Below are positions 1 to 9,338 of a stretch of 32,000 nucleotides of DNA, in pieces (the first letter of the stretch is position 1; each line of letters opens with the position of its first letter). This DNA comes from Paramicrosporidium saccamoebae KSL3. Its lineage: Eukaryota; Fungi; Cryptomycota. The translations under genes were made by a program, and so were the position numbers. The stretch is from contig MTSL01000168.1 in NCBI GenBank assembly GCA_002794465.1, positions 36,011 through 68,010 of the forward strand, in the 5' to 3' direction. The notes beneath the pieces were generated by a model. That model was not told the origin of the DNA. It saw nothing but the letters and a program-made list of their open reading frames with translations, and searched no databases.

Positions 1-179
1 ATCTTTTTTATTTGGGCAAGCATGAATAAATTTTGTGAAAGTATACACTTTGCACCGCGTAGTGTAGTGAGACATCACCATCGGCTTGGCCGCTACGAAT
101 TGTTTGATAGCAGGCAACTCGTTTATTACCGATTATTGTTATTATTATCAATTCCCAACCTCAATAAATCTAATACTCT

Positions 180-714
180 TTATTTGGTGCTTTGGATCCT
201 ATCTTTCCACGAATCAATCCAATGCTCATCAGACTTGAATAGAGGATCGAGTCCTTTTATGTTCATGGATGTCTGGTCCTTGTCAGCGGTGAGAATCCCA
301 GACGTTCCTTTTTCAGTGACTGATAATGCAGCCACGGCCAAGCACATTCCACATGCCAATTGCAGATTGCCCTCTAAAATCAACGTCTCAGAAGCAAAGG
401 GTACGGGCTAATCCAAGAGCAGCGCCGCCCGCACAGCCGCTGACCGCCCGATTCCAATAGTCGTCTTTTCCTCGCACCAAAATCACACCGGCCCCCACCA
501 CTCCACTCACCAGTCCCACCAGTCCGAATAGCCTCGTGGAACGCAGAATGTGAGGACGGGCCATGGGCGTCTCAATGCGGTTGGTCATGACCGCCGTGAT
601 GCCGCCTGCAGTGAACCCTCCCACTAGACCGATGGCTGTGGAGGTGGCACAGAAGAGTGCGGCTGGGTTGAAATGCTCATTAAGCACGTCGGAGATGCTC
701 TTTCTGGTGGCCAT
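180..714 (-). CDS. Tim17/Tim22/Tim23-family mitochondrial inner-membrane protein, probably NDUFA11-like (complex I accessory subunit); 2 exons (405-714, 180-373), 167 aa
   Basis: Gly-rich TM helices and the family motif RGKDDYWNRAVSGCAGGAALGL. A 31-nt intron joins the two track ORFs in frame (…GLAQGNLQ…). The subfamily cannot be fixed by eye. Confidence 0.75.
374..404 (-). other. spliceosomal micro-intron, 31 nt
   Basis: GTACCCTTTGCTTCTGAGACGTTGATTTTAG; removal fuses ORFs 388-714 and 180-383 in frame. Confidence 0.85.
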
Positions 715-886
715 ATCCGCAATTATGAATAAATTATTTGTTAAACACGAGAATTATGTTTGGTCAATCATGCCAAATCAATTGAATTGTCCATGTCATG
801 CCAGTAATATCCCCCCTCTAATGTCCAGCCGAGTGAATGCAGGGTTGAACTTTTAAAAGGGCTAATGCGCAATTGCACCAAACCGA

Positions 887-1807
887 CTAGCAAAATTTCC
901 ACCGATTGCCGCAATTGATGCAGGTGACAAAGGTCGTCATGGGCTCGTCCGCTGATCTTGTCTGCAGTTGGTAATATTTAGTTTTCCTCTGCCCACACCT
1001 TCCGCACTTGAATTGGTCCGTCTCTGCCTCAGTGTCTTGCACAGCCTTACTCTCAGCCAGATTTTTTTCAGCAAGTAACGAGTCCTGTCGTCGTCTCTCT
1101 TCGGATGCCATCTCGGCGGCGTTCATGGCATGGAAGCCAGCAGGAGTGAGGTGGGTAAGGAGAGCATGACGGAGAGCGGGTGTGGATTTAAGGTTCAAGT
1201 ATTTGGAACGGAACTTTGCCTTATAGGCCGGTGAAGTGCTCCCAAACTCGACAAAAAGACATTCTTCAATTTCCCTGCAGATTCGGTAATGTTTTAAAGT
1301 AGGCGACTCTGTCGTGTCTTGTAGCAGGGCAGACAGAAGCATTTCATAACACTTGTCTCTAATGGCGTCCCCAGTCTTGAATTCGTCAGCCTCCCTTGAT
1401 GATATGGTGTCTTTGGGTGTCGGTTTTATTGACGACACATCCTTAACCTTTTCAATATCTTTGGGCGTCGGTTCTCTTGACGGCACATCCTTAACCTTTT
1501 TAATGTCTTTGGATGGTGGTTCCACCTTGGACTCTTCAAGTGGCCTCTTTTTCGTCGTCTTGCCTTCTTCCAACATTATATCTCTCCATTTGAGCAGGAT
1601 GCCAGTGGCCAAAGCAGCGAGCTCTTCATTGCCCGCCTTTCGAACCTTGTTGACCTGCACCCCCAACTTGCTCTCCTCCAACACCTCCCTCTTAATCGGC
1701 GTATCCTGCAATTCCTTCAACGTCTCCACAACTGCGTCAAAATCTGTGCCATCCGCAAGAAATGTCCCAAGCAGTCGTCGCACCTCTTGTGCACGGATCA
1801 CGTCCAT
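887..1807 (-). CDS. DST1: Transcription elongation factor TFIIS, 306 aa
   Basis: N-terminal TFIIS-N-like domain, central domain (YKAKFRSKYLNLK), C-terminal Zn ribbon CGRC…QLQTRSADEPMTTFVTCINCGNRWKFC. First true ATG is at 1807 (the track start at 1810 is GTG). Confidence 0.97.
   Translation of the reverse strand: MDVIRAQEVRRLLGTFLADGTDFDAVVETLKELQDTPIKREVLEESKLGVQVNKVRKAGNEELAALATGILLKWRDIMLEEGKTTKKRPLEESKVEPPSKDIKKVKDVPSREPTPKDIEKVKDVSSIKPTPKDTISSREADEFKTGDAIRDKCYEMLLSALLQDTTESPTLKHYRICREIEECLFVEFGSTSPAYKAKFRSKYLNLKSTPALRHALLTHLTPAGFHAMNAAEMASEERRRQDSLLAEKNLAESKAVQDTEAETDQFKCGRCGQRKTKYYQLQTRSADEPMTTFVTCINCGNRWKFC
1411..1512. repeat. 48-bp tandem duplication in the TFIIS linker (2 copies plus a stub)
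   Basis: Units at 1411-1458 and 1459-1506 encode KDIKKVKDVPSREPTP / KDIEKVKDVSSIKPTP. Confidence 0.9.
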
Positions 1808-1823
1808 CACAGGGGTGGAAAGA

Positions 1824-3239
1824 TTAATTCGATTTACTTTTATGGTCTAGGAATTCGGCGACCAAAGGCCGGAGAGCAGACGGGGAGATCCCAGACTTTG
1901 TCTTGATGAGTGGGCCCATAAAATAATCAGTAACATCACGTCCCTCTCGCAGCTGGGCTAATTTCTTGGGATTCTTCTTAATCATTTCCTCAAGCATGGC
2001 ACACATTTCCAAAGTTAGTGATGCAGAGATGGCTTTGGAGGGTTTGAGTAACTCGGTAATGGAAGCAGATGGATCTGTTAGCAGCGCAGTCAATACATGC
2101 TGTGCCTTAAAATCTACAACGATTAGTCAAATAACAGTTCATGTACGATCGATATCCCCGGTGGCCAGATGACTGATGATCAATCTCAACTCCTCTACAT
2201 CCACGCCTTTGGGAAATTTCCGCAATGAACCCAAATATTTGTTCATGACAAAATTATAAACTAGTCTGGGATCATTGTTTCCTCGGCACTCCTCGAATAT
2301 ACTCAGCATCCCTGAGTCAACCATAGAGTCCACCTCTTGTTCAGATAATCCCAGTTCCTTCATCCTGGAGTATCGCTCCCACGTTCCCTCGGGCAGCTCC
2401 TTCTTTACCTGATCGATTCGACTGTCAGTTATCTCTAGTACTGGCAAGTCGTATTCAGGCATAATGAAATAATTGCCTTTTTCTCGCGATGAGAGAGTAA
2501 TTCGACTAGTTTCGTCCCAGGAGCGAGTTTCCTTCACTACGAAGTCCCCTGAATTAAACACCTTCCTCTGTCTCTCCTCCTCTGAAACAATAGCCCTCCT
2601 CAAACCCGCAAAGGTGTTAATGTTCTTAATCTCTACCCTCTCCCCAACCACAGGACCGGCCAGCGAGACATTGACATCGAAGCGAACATTTCCGTCAGCA
2701 AGAACTCCGCAAGTTGTCCCGGAATCGACGAGGGTACGCCAGATCGCCCTTGCTACTCCCTCAGCTTCGCTGGCACTGCCAATCTCTGGGGCAGTCACTA
2801 CTTCCACCAGCGGCACTCCGCATCTATTGAGATCGAGCATGCCTCCCACTCTTTTCGCCGAATCTTGCTCAATCTGAATGCGAGGGATTTTGTAAAGTCT
2901 GCCGTTACTATGGACCACTCCATCCACGGCAAAGGGGGAACGGTGTTGTGTGATTTGGTATCCGAGCGGCAGATCGTCATAACGGTAGTGTTTTCGGTCA
3001 AAGAACGACCTGGAACGAATGTTACACCTTAGAGCAATTGCGGCTCGTAATGCCAAATCCACGCATTCTTGGTTCAATAGCGGCAAAGCCCCCGGGACAG
3101 CCGCGTCAAACGGCGCACAGCATGTACCGAGCTGGGCGTCGCAATTATTAGGAGCTACCGAGAATAATTTGTGTCGGGAGGCAAGCTGGGCGTGTATCTC
3201 CAGGCCCACCACTGTAGTCCATGTCTGAGAGCGGAGCAT
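1824..3239 (-). CDS. PET112: Glu-tRNA(Gln) amidotransferase subunit B (GatB/Pet112); 2 exons (2147-3239, 1824-2113), 460 aa
   Basis: Motifs VVGLEIHAQL, FDRKHYRYDDLPLGYQITQ, IQIEQDSAK, DLNRCGVPLVEVVT, VEIKNINTF. A 33-nt intron restores the C-terminal exon. The only ATG start is 3239 (track start 3341 is TTG). Confidence 0.93.
2114..2146 (-). other. spliceosomal micro-intron, 33 nt
   Basis: GTACATGAACTGTTATTTGACTAATCGTTGTAG, with a CTAAT branch motif and an in-frame stop; splicing gives …GDIDHFKAQHVLTALL…. Confidence 0.88.
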
Positions 3240-3274
3240 AAAACGCTTATTATTTAAGAGGTTTATAGTAAAGA

Positions 3275-3407
3275 CCCTGTCTACTAATGATTGGTATGAT
3301 TGAATGGCTTGTGGGATCACTATCCGGGTCAGTTTCACCAATGATACGCGGATACTGTTTAACAGTGTGATGTAGAGGATTGATCAGTTGGGTATCTGAG
3401 GACAGGG
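3275..3407 (+). ncRNA. candidate box C/D snoRNA (degenerate C box)
   Basis: Terminal inverted repeat CCCTGTC (3275-81)/GACAGGG (3401-07), D box CTGA at 3396-99, C-like ATGATTG at 3287 and 3296, internal stem TATCCG/CGGATA. No convincing rRNA target found by eye. Confidence 0.3.
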
Positions 3408-3580
3408 AGATGTTTATCCGTACTATTATAGGATTAGCAGTAAACGAACCCTCTCCCTGCCTGACAAAGTTCGTAGTATTACCCTCTCTATACGGCAACA
3501 GAACCTTGACAAAGATGTACTGTCACGCACCAACAGATTCTTTCTCTATGATACAATGCACTCTTCCGCCTTTGCATCAG

Positions 3581-4924
3581 CTAGGTGCGGAATATGTGGA
3601 GGAAGGCTTCAAACGAAAGCGCTGGAAGCCGGTTGGCATGAGCCCAAAGTCCAAGGTTAACATCATCAGACACGAGCACCGCATTAGCACACCTGCATGC
3701 TGTATAGACAATTGCATCGTCGTTTGATCGTACCTGTGGACAATCGGGCCATACAGACCGTGCGACGGGAATAAGGTCGGACAATAGGCCATCTGTGGAT
3801 AGGAACGAAAATGATGGTGGCAGATTATCAAGAAAGGCTGAAATGGACTTTTCAATGTCCAGACGAGTTTGAGCGAGACCCAGCAGTTCGTTAACCACAA
3901 TGGTGGGGATTGCCATGTGCACACAATTCAATTTGTCAAGTGCCATCAGGGTATCTAAATGGTCAACGATAATATTGGTATCAAGGACAAAGATGCTACT
4001 ACGTGGAGGAGCAGTTTGGTTCGGAAGAGTGTGACAGAGTTGTTCCCTCTTTTGTTTCAGTCGCTGTATGTCCCTGTGCAAGTCGCCTATTGTAGTAATC
4101 GATTTTTTCGGCGGCAACATCTTCTCAGCGGCAGTCTGGAAATCGTTTTGAATACTCGGGATAGTATGTTCAGTAGTCTTCTTGGCAATACATTCAGTAG
4201 CTCCTCTCGGAGCAGTCCCTCTCAAAGTACTTTCAGTAAAGTTGACTCCAAGACAAAATGCGCTTCCATTCCAGTAAAAATGATCCTGCAATTCTTGACA
4301 ACGATAACAACAGGCATTAAGCAAGAGCTGGTCATCAAGGTTCCAATCAGAGAATTCCAATGTCTCGACTAGCACCATCCGGATGGCTACTGGCGGATCC
4401 AGCTTTTTAGCCGCCTCATTAAGTGTAGTACAGACCCATATGCATTGATTCGGGGATAAATTGTCGACGGTATGAATCAATAGGGTAATCCACAGCAGAA
4501 GCTGTTGGGGACGCAGCTTGACTTGCTGCTGCAGAAGATGGGACAACTCCATAAAATGAACTGGCTTGTTGGCCAAATGTAGCGCCAGTGCGGTAGAATT
4601 CAACAAAATCGTACTGTCTACGGGATTCAGGGCTCTGATCCGTCGGAACAGGGCCTGTTTCAGACCCAACGGGTCTCCATCCAGCAATGATAGAAAAGCG
4701 CAATCAACGTCCATTTTGAGGACAAACTTGCAATACACTGACACCATGATAATTTCCACCGAGGATTTCTTTGTTGGTTGTCGGTTCCTTTCCGCAATCA
4801 TCTCTCCTGCTTTGCCACATTGCACTCCATCAGTGGCCACTGAGTCTGTCCGTTTCAGGCTGCTTAGCTCATTTGGCCCATTTGACTTGTCCGACGACAG
4901 CCTGGCACATTTCGCGTCGTCCAT
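3581..4924 (-). CDS. PIN-domain nuclease, SMG6/EST1A-like (or SWT1-like), 447 aa
   Basis: C-terminal PIN motifs FVLDTNIIVDHL, VVNELLGLAQ, SNDDAIV and LVSDDVNL resemble the SMG6 PIN domain. The N-terminal part is not recognised. Confidence 0.75.
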   Translation of the reverse strand: MDDAKCARLSSDKSNGPNELSSLKRTDSVATDGVQCGKAGEMIAERNRQPTKKSSVEIIMVSVYCKFVLKMDVDCAFLSLLDGDPLGLKQALFRRIRALNPVDSTILLNSTALALHLANKPVHFMELSHLLQQQVKLRPQQLLLWITLLIHTVDNLSPNQCIWVCTTLNEAAKKLDPPVAIRMVLVETLEFSDWNLDDQLLLNACCYRCQELQDHFYWNGSAFCLGVNFTESTLRGTAPRGATECIAKKTTEHTIPSIQNDFQTAAEKMLPPKKSITTIGDLHRDIQRLKQKREQLCHTLPNQTAPPRSSIFVLDTNIIVDHLDTLMALDKLNCVHMAIPTIVVNELLGLAQTRLDIEKSISAFLDNLPPSFSFLSTDGLLSDLIPVARSVWPDCPQVRSNDDAIVYTACRCANAVLVSDDVNLGLWAHANRLPALSFEAFLHIFRT

Positions 4925-4965
4925 TCATGAATCGCGCAAAAAGAATATAATTGTTCTTTTTCGTA

Positions 4966-5664
4966 ATGTCTGGCTATAATTACTCGCTGACGACATTCTC
5001 GCCAAGCGGCAAGTTGCCACAAATTGAATACGCATTGACGGCAGTAGAACAGGGCACAACTAGCATTGGAGTGCGTGGAGCAACTTCGTCGGTGGTGGTG
5101 ACGGAGCGGAAGGCAACGCCGCTGACGGACGGAACAACTATGGAACGCATGTCGACAGTGTGTGACAACATTGGTTTGGTGTACAGCGGAATGGGACCGG
5201 ATGCACGCGTGCTGACAACGCGTGCACGAAAGGCGGCGCAGGCGTACATTCGCACATATGGAGAGAATCCGCCAGTGTACATGTTGGTGCGGGAATTGGC
5301 ATCTGTCATGCAAGAGTACACGCAGTCTGGAGGCGTGCGTCCCTTTGGAGTCTCATTGCTGGTGGCTGGTGTGGACTCTACAGGTGCGTCATTGTACCAA
5401 GTGGACCCCAGTGGCACGTCCTGGGCGTGGAAGGCAGCCGCCGTTGGAAAGGGCATGGCGGGAGCCAGAAGCTTTTTGGAAAAGAGGTGGAATGAGGGAT
5501 TAGAGGTGGAGGATGCAGTACACACGGCATTACTGACAATGAAGGAGGGCTTTGAGGGGACCATGACAAAGGATAACATTGAGATTGGTATTGCTGACGA
5601 AAAGACGGGCGGATTTACCGTACTGACTCTTGATGAAATCCAAGATTATCTCTCCAATCTCTAA
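4966..5664 (+). CDS. PRE8: 20S proteasome subunit alpha-2, 232 aa
   Basis: YNYSLTTFSPSGKLPQIEYAL signature, VYSGMGPDARVL, QEYTQSGGVRPFGVSLL; first ATG at 4966. Confidence 0.96.
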   Translation: MSGYNYSLTTFSPSGKLPQIEYALTAVEQGTTSIGVRGATSSVVVTERKATPLTDGTTMERMSTVCDNIGLVYSGMGPDARVLTTRARKAAQAYIRTYGENPPVYMLVRELASVMQEYTQSGGVRPFGVSLLVAGVDSTGASLYQVDPSGTSWAWKAAAVGKGMAGARSFLEKRWNEGLEVEDAVHTALLTMKEGFEGTMTKDNIEIGIADEKTGGFTVLTLDEIQDYLSNL

Positions 5665-5790
5665 TCTAAAAGCTCTGTAATCTCTATCGGCTCATAATTG
5701 TGTATCACTAAAACTTTCTCAGATCTCTCATATAACTAATACGTATAGTTGGTTAATGTGCATCGTTGGGATGTATCGTTGAACCACACA

Positions 5791-5926
5791 GTTAGATTGT
5801 ACCGATTAATTCAAGTCCAATCGCTAAACTCCATCACTAAATTGTATCGATTAATTTAAAGTCCAATCACTAAACCTCCCAACTAAATTGTATCGATATA
5901 TCCAAGTTCAATCGCCAAATCTCAAC
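5791..5926. repeat. degenerate 45-46 bp tandem repeat, 3 copies
   Basis: Units start at 5791, 5836 and 5882; consensus about ACTAAATTGTATCGATTAATTYAAGTCCAATCGCTAAA…. Confidence 0.85.
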
Positions 5927-5952
5927 GCTCGGCTGTATCTTTCTAACTCAAT

Positions 5953-8928
5953 TTACCAAAGGGGTATTCCCGTCTCAATCTTTTTGGGGGTGTGAGCCTT
6001 TCCCAACAATGCCTCGGCCAGCAGGGAATATTCTTCTTGCAAGTGCTGTTTTTTGTGACCAGTGGCAACAGCGCTGGTGGGCTCTCTCCCGGCATAATGT
6101 GCTCGCTGGCCAGCATGATTCCTGCTGCTCTTCAGCACCGTCTCAATGCGAGGCGCCACATAGAACCACGGTCCAAGATTCATGGGTTCCTCCTGACACC
6201 ACACCAACGTGGCATTAGGGAAACGATCACATTCCGCCACAAATTGGTCATAAGGGAAGGGCGACAATTGCTCAATGCGCGCAATAGCCACATTGGTGAG
6301 TTTGTTAGTTTGACGTGCCCGAAGCAGAGCGTAATACACTTGTCCTGAGCAAAAGATTAGTCGGGTGACCTTTTCGGGTTTCAGGGGCTCGTGTTCAGGG
6401 ATCAGCTTCTTGAAACGTGTCCCAGTGGTCATGTCGTCCAGGGTAGAGCGAGCAAGCGGATGACGCAAAAGACTCTTTGAATTGAACAACACCAGCGGCT
6501 TTCTAAAGTCACGATGCAGCTGACGTCGGAGCACGTGGAAATAGTTGGCCGGGGTGGAGGGATAGACAACCTGAAGGTTGCAATCCTGGGCTTGACGGGT
6601 GCGAGTGTCGGCGTCGTCTGAAGGAGAAGGACGGTAAGGATGATCGTCGCAGAGGGTCAGGAAGCGTTCGATGCGGCCATTGGAGTGTTCCGGACCAGCT
6701 CCGTCATAGCCGTGAGGAAGCATCAAAGTCAGAGCAGATCGCTGTAGCCACTTGCGTTCGCCGCTGGCAATAAACTGATCAATCATCACCTGTGCACCAT
6801 TGGCAAAATCACCAAATTGCGCCTCCCACAGGGTCAACGAATGGGGCGACACTAGAGAATAGCCCAACTCAAAGCCCAAAACACCATACTCACTCAAGGA
6901 GCTGTTGCAGACGGCGAATGGCGCCTGGGCTGGATCAATGTGGGCTAATGGTGTCCACGTGGCTTCTTCTCCGTTTTGCGCATGCAACACTGAATGGCGC
7001 TGACTAAAGGTCCCACGTTCCACATCTTGACCAGACAGACGAACGTGATTTCCTTCCAACAGTAGGGTTCCAAAAGCCAGGGCTTCGGCAGTAGGCATAT
7101 CTACATCCCGACCCGCCTCAATTGCATTTCGTCGTGCCTCCATAATCTTCTTCAGTCCGGAATGGACCTCAAAGTCAGAGGGATAGGACGACGCGCTGAT
7201 GCCAACGCGACGAAGGATATCCATGTCCACGCCAGTGGCTCGGGAGGGAGCAACATTCTCCTGCAGTTCCTTGGGACTCATAAAGCCATTCCAATTGGAG
7301 GTCAGCCAGTCCTTGCTGGTGGGCACATAATCCTTACTCCCCTTATAAGAGTCTTCCATAAACTGCCACACGCGGTCACGATTGGCGCTGATCTCGTCAG
7401 GACTTACTTGTCCCTCGGCAGCCAAATGTGCCACATAAGTCTCATGGATCGACTTTTTCGCTGCAATGGCACTGTACATCCGGGGCTGCGTAAAGGCTGG
7501 CTGATCGACCTCATTGTGGCCGTGTTTGCGGTAGCACACGAGATCAATCACCACGTCCGTTTTGAACTTTGTGCGCCAATCCGCTGCCAACAGGAAAGCG
7601 TGCACCACTGCCTCCACATCGTCGCCATTAACGTGGAAGATGGGCGCCGCAATCGTCTTGGCCAGATCGGAACAGTAGGGCGTGGAGCGGGCTACACGTG
7701 GATCAGTGGTGAAGCCAATCTGATTGTTAATGATTGCATGGATGGTGCCCTGTGTCGAGTAGGAGGGCAGACCTGCAAAGCCCAGTGTTTCATAGACAAT
7801 ACCCTGACCTGCAAAGGCCGCATCACCGTGGATTAGCAGGCCCATTGCCTTTTGACTATCTCCTAAAAAGTACTGCAATGCCCGTGTCTTTCCCAGCACT
7901 ACCGGATCTACCGCTTCCAAATGGGAAGGATTTGCCACCAAACTCAGATTCACAGACTTTCCACAGGGTGTTGGGCGCACATAGTTCATTCCTAAATGGT
8001 ATTTTACATCTCCCGAATATCCCAATGTTGCGTCTCCAATCACTCCGCTGAATTCGCTGAATACGGACTCAATTGGCTTGCGCACCACATTGGTAAGTAC
8101 ATTCAAACGGCCTCGATGAGCCATTCCCATTACAATGTGTTCCACCCCCGCACTCTCCACCACCCGGTCAATCAGAGCCTTCAGTCCCGGAATCAGCGAT
8201 TCACCACCCTCCAATCCAAAACGCTTCTCGCTGGGAAACTTACTCGACACGAACCGCTCAAACGCATCCGCCCAGGTCAGTCGGTCCAAAATGCTGCGTT
8301 TCTCATCCGCAGTGAATTTGAACGGAGTCTCCACTTCAATGCGTGCTCGTAGCCAATCACATTGCGCCCGATCAGGGATATGCGTGTATTCATAGCCAAT
8401 GTTTCCGCAGTATATTTTCGTTAGCGTTTTCACAATCTCACGCAATGTCATGGATGTACGATTGTCCCGGAATGCCGGCAGCACTCCCGTACCCAGTTGG
8501 AAGCGGCGGTCCAGGTCCTTTTCTGTGAATCCATAGTACGACGGTTCCAGCTCCGGTGCCTTTCTTAAATCTCTCGGTTGCACAATACCCAATGGGTCAA
8601 TGGTTGCCCTTAAATGGCCCTGCGTCTGGAATGCTCGGATGAGTAGCTGCACCTTCATGTGGTCTTCCACCTCATTTGCTCCCTCTTTTGCCGCTCCGAC
8701 CTCGCTAGGCAGCACAAACGCCTGTCCCGGTGTCGCTCCCTTCTCCATGTTTCGGAAATATGCTCTCCACGAAGCATGCACCGATAATGGGTCCGTTTGG
8801 TAGGCGGAGTACATGTCTTCCACATAATGCGTTGCCGTCCCATTCATAAACGTGTCGCTTGCAAACGCACGATGTATCACACGGCGCAATGGATGCAGGT
8901 GTCGGGGCAAGAGGCCGATGAGCCGCAT
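5953..8928 (-). CDS. KGD1: 2-oxoglutarate dehydrogenase E1, mitochondrial, 991 aa
   Basis: EKRFGLEGGESLIPG, GMAHRGRLNVL, GDVKYHLG, HGDAAFAGQG (ThDP motif), RLSGQDVERGTFSQRH, WEAQFGDFANGAQ; Arg-rich presequence. Confidence 0.98.
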   Translation of the reverse strand: MRLIGLLPRHLHPLRRVIHRAFASDTFMNGTATHYVEDMYSAYQTDPLSVHASWRAYFRNMEKGATPGQAFVLPSEVGAAKEGANEVEDHMKVQLLIRAFQTQGHLRATIDPLGIVQPRDLRKAPELEPSYYGFTEKDLDRRFQLGTGVLPAFRDNRTSMTLREIVKTLTKIYCGNIGYEYTHIPDRAQCDWLRARIEVETPFKFTADEKRSILDRLTWADAFERFVSSKFPSEKRFGLEGGESLIPGLKALIDRVVESAGVEHIVMGMAHRGRLNVLTNVVRKPIESVFSEFSGVIGDATLGYSGDVKYHLGMNYVRPTPCGKSVNLSLVANPSHLEAVDPVVLGKTRALQYFLGDSQKAMGLLIHGDAAFAGQGIVYETLGFAGLPSYSTQGTIHAIINNQIGFTTDPRVARSTPYCSDLAKTIAAPIFHVNGDDVEAVVHAFLLAADWRTKFKTDVVIDLVCYRKHGHNEVDQPAFTQPRMYSAIAAKKSIHETYVAHLAAEGQVSPDEISANRDRVWQFMEDSYKGSKDYVPTSKDWLTSNWNGFMSPKELQENVAPSRATGVDMDILRRVGISASSYPSDFEVHSGLKKIMEARRNAIEAGRDVDMPTAEALAFGTLLLEGNHVRLSGQDVERGTFSQRHSVLHAQNGEEATWTPLAHIDPAQAPFAVCNSSLSEYGVLGFELGYSLVSPHSLTLWEAQFGDFANGAQVMIDQFIASGERKWLQRSALTLMLPHGYDGAGPEHSNGRIERFLTLCDDHPYRPSPSDDADTRTRQAQDCNLQVVYPSTPANYFHVLRRQLHRDFRKPLVLFNSKSLLRHPLARSTLDDMTTGTRFKKLIPEHEPLKPEKVTRLIFCSGQVYYALLRARQTNKLTNVAIARIEQLSPFPYDQFVAECDRFPNATLVWCQEEPMNLGPWFYVAPRIETVLKSSRNHAGQRAHYAGREPTSAVATGHKKQHLQEEYSLLAEALLGKAHTPKKIETGIPLW

Positions 8929-9308
8929 TTTTACTTGAAAACGTCGCCTCCCCCCAAGGGTGTTGCCTCCAATTTATGCAAATTCCGCCGATGCCTCATT
9001 GGTCGATGAAATCATGCCGTTCTGTTACTGTCAATGAAATTATAAGAGTCAAATAAGCGTTGAACAAGAGTTGGCAAATGGTCCACCCACACCATAAGTA
9101 ATGCAGTAGAATAGCGACGTCGACGTATAATAATTTGTTTCTAGGCAGGCAATTACCGACTTGATTTTCTACTCTATCGCCAATTTTATTTAACGTGGTC
9201 TAATTTCTCACAATACAGCATGGTCTAATCCCACCCGATACAACGTCCCATCACACAACCCCCCTCCAACCAACTAATGCAACCCACAATTATTCGCTAC
9301 TGGGCATC

Positions 9309-9314
9309 TATAAA
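9309..9314 (+). promoter_or_regulatory. putative TATA box of the H/ACA snoRNA
   Basis: TATAAA about 25 nt upstream of the predicted first stem at 9339. Confidence 0.5.
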
Positions 9315-9338
9315 TTCGGCTGGCCAGGGTAGAAATTT

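Noticed and set aside
22-411. 129-aa plus-strand ORF at the window start
   Set aside because: Largely antisense to the Tim17-family gene and AT-rich 3' DNA; no motifs
5791-5926. CRISPR-like array
   Set aside because: Contiguous degenerate units with no unique spacers, no cas genes, eukaryotic context
9117-9126. 10-bp palindrome ACGTCGACGT upstream of KGD1
   Set aside because: Single short palindrome, expected by chance, with no other support
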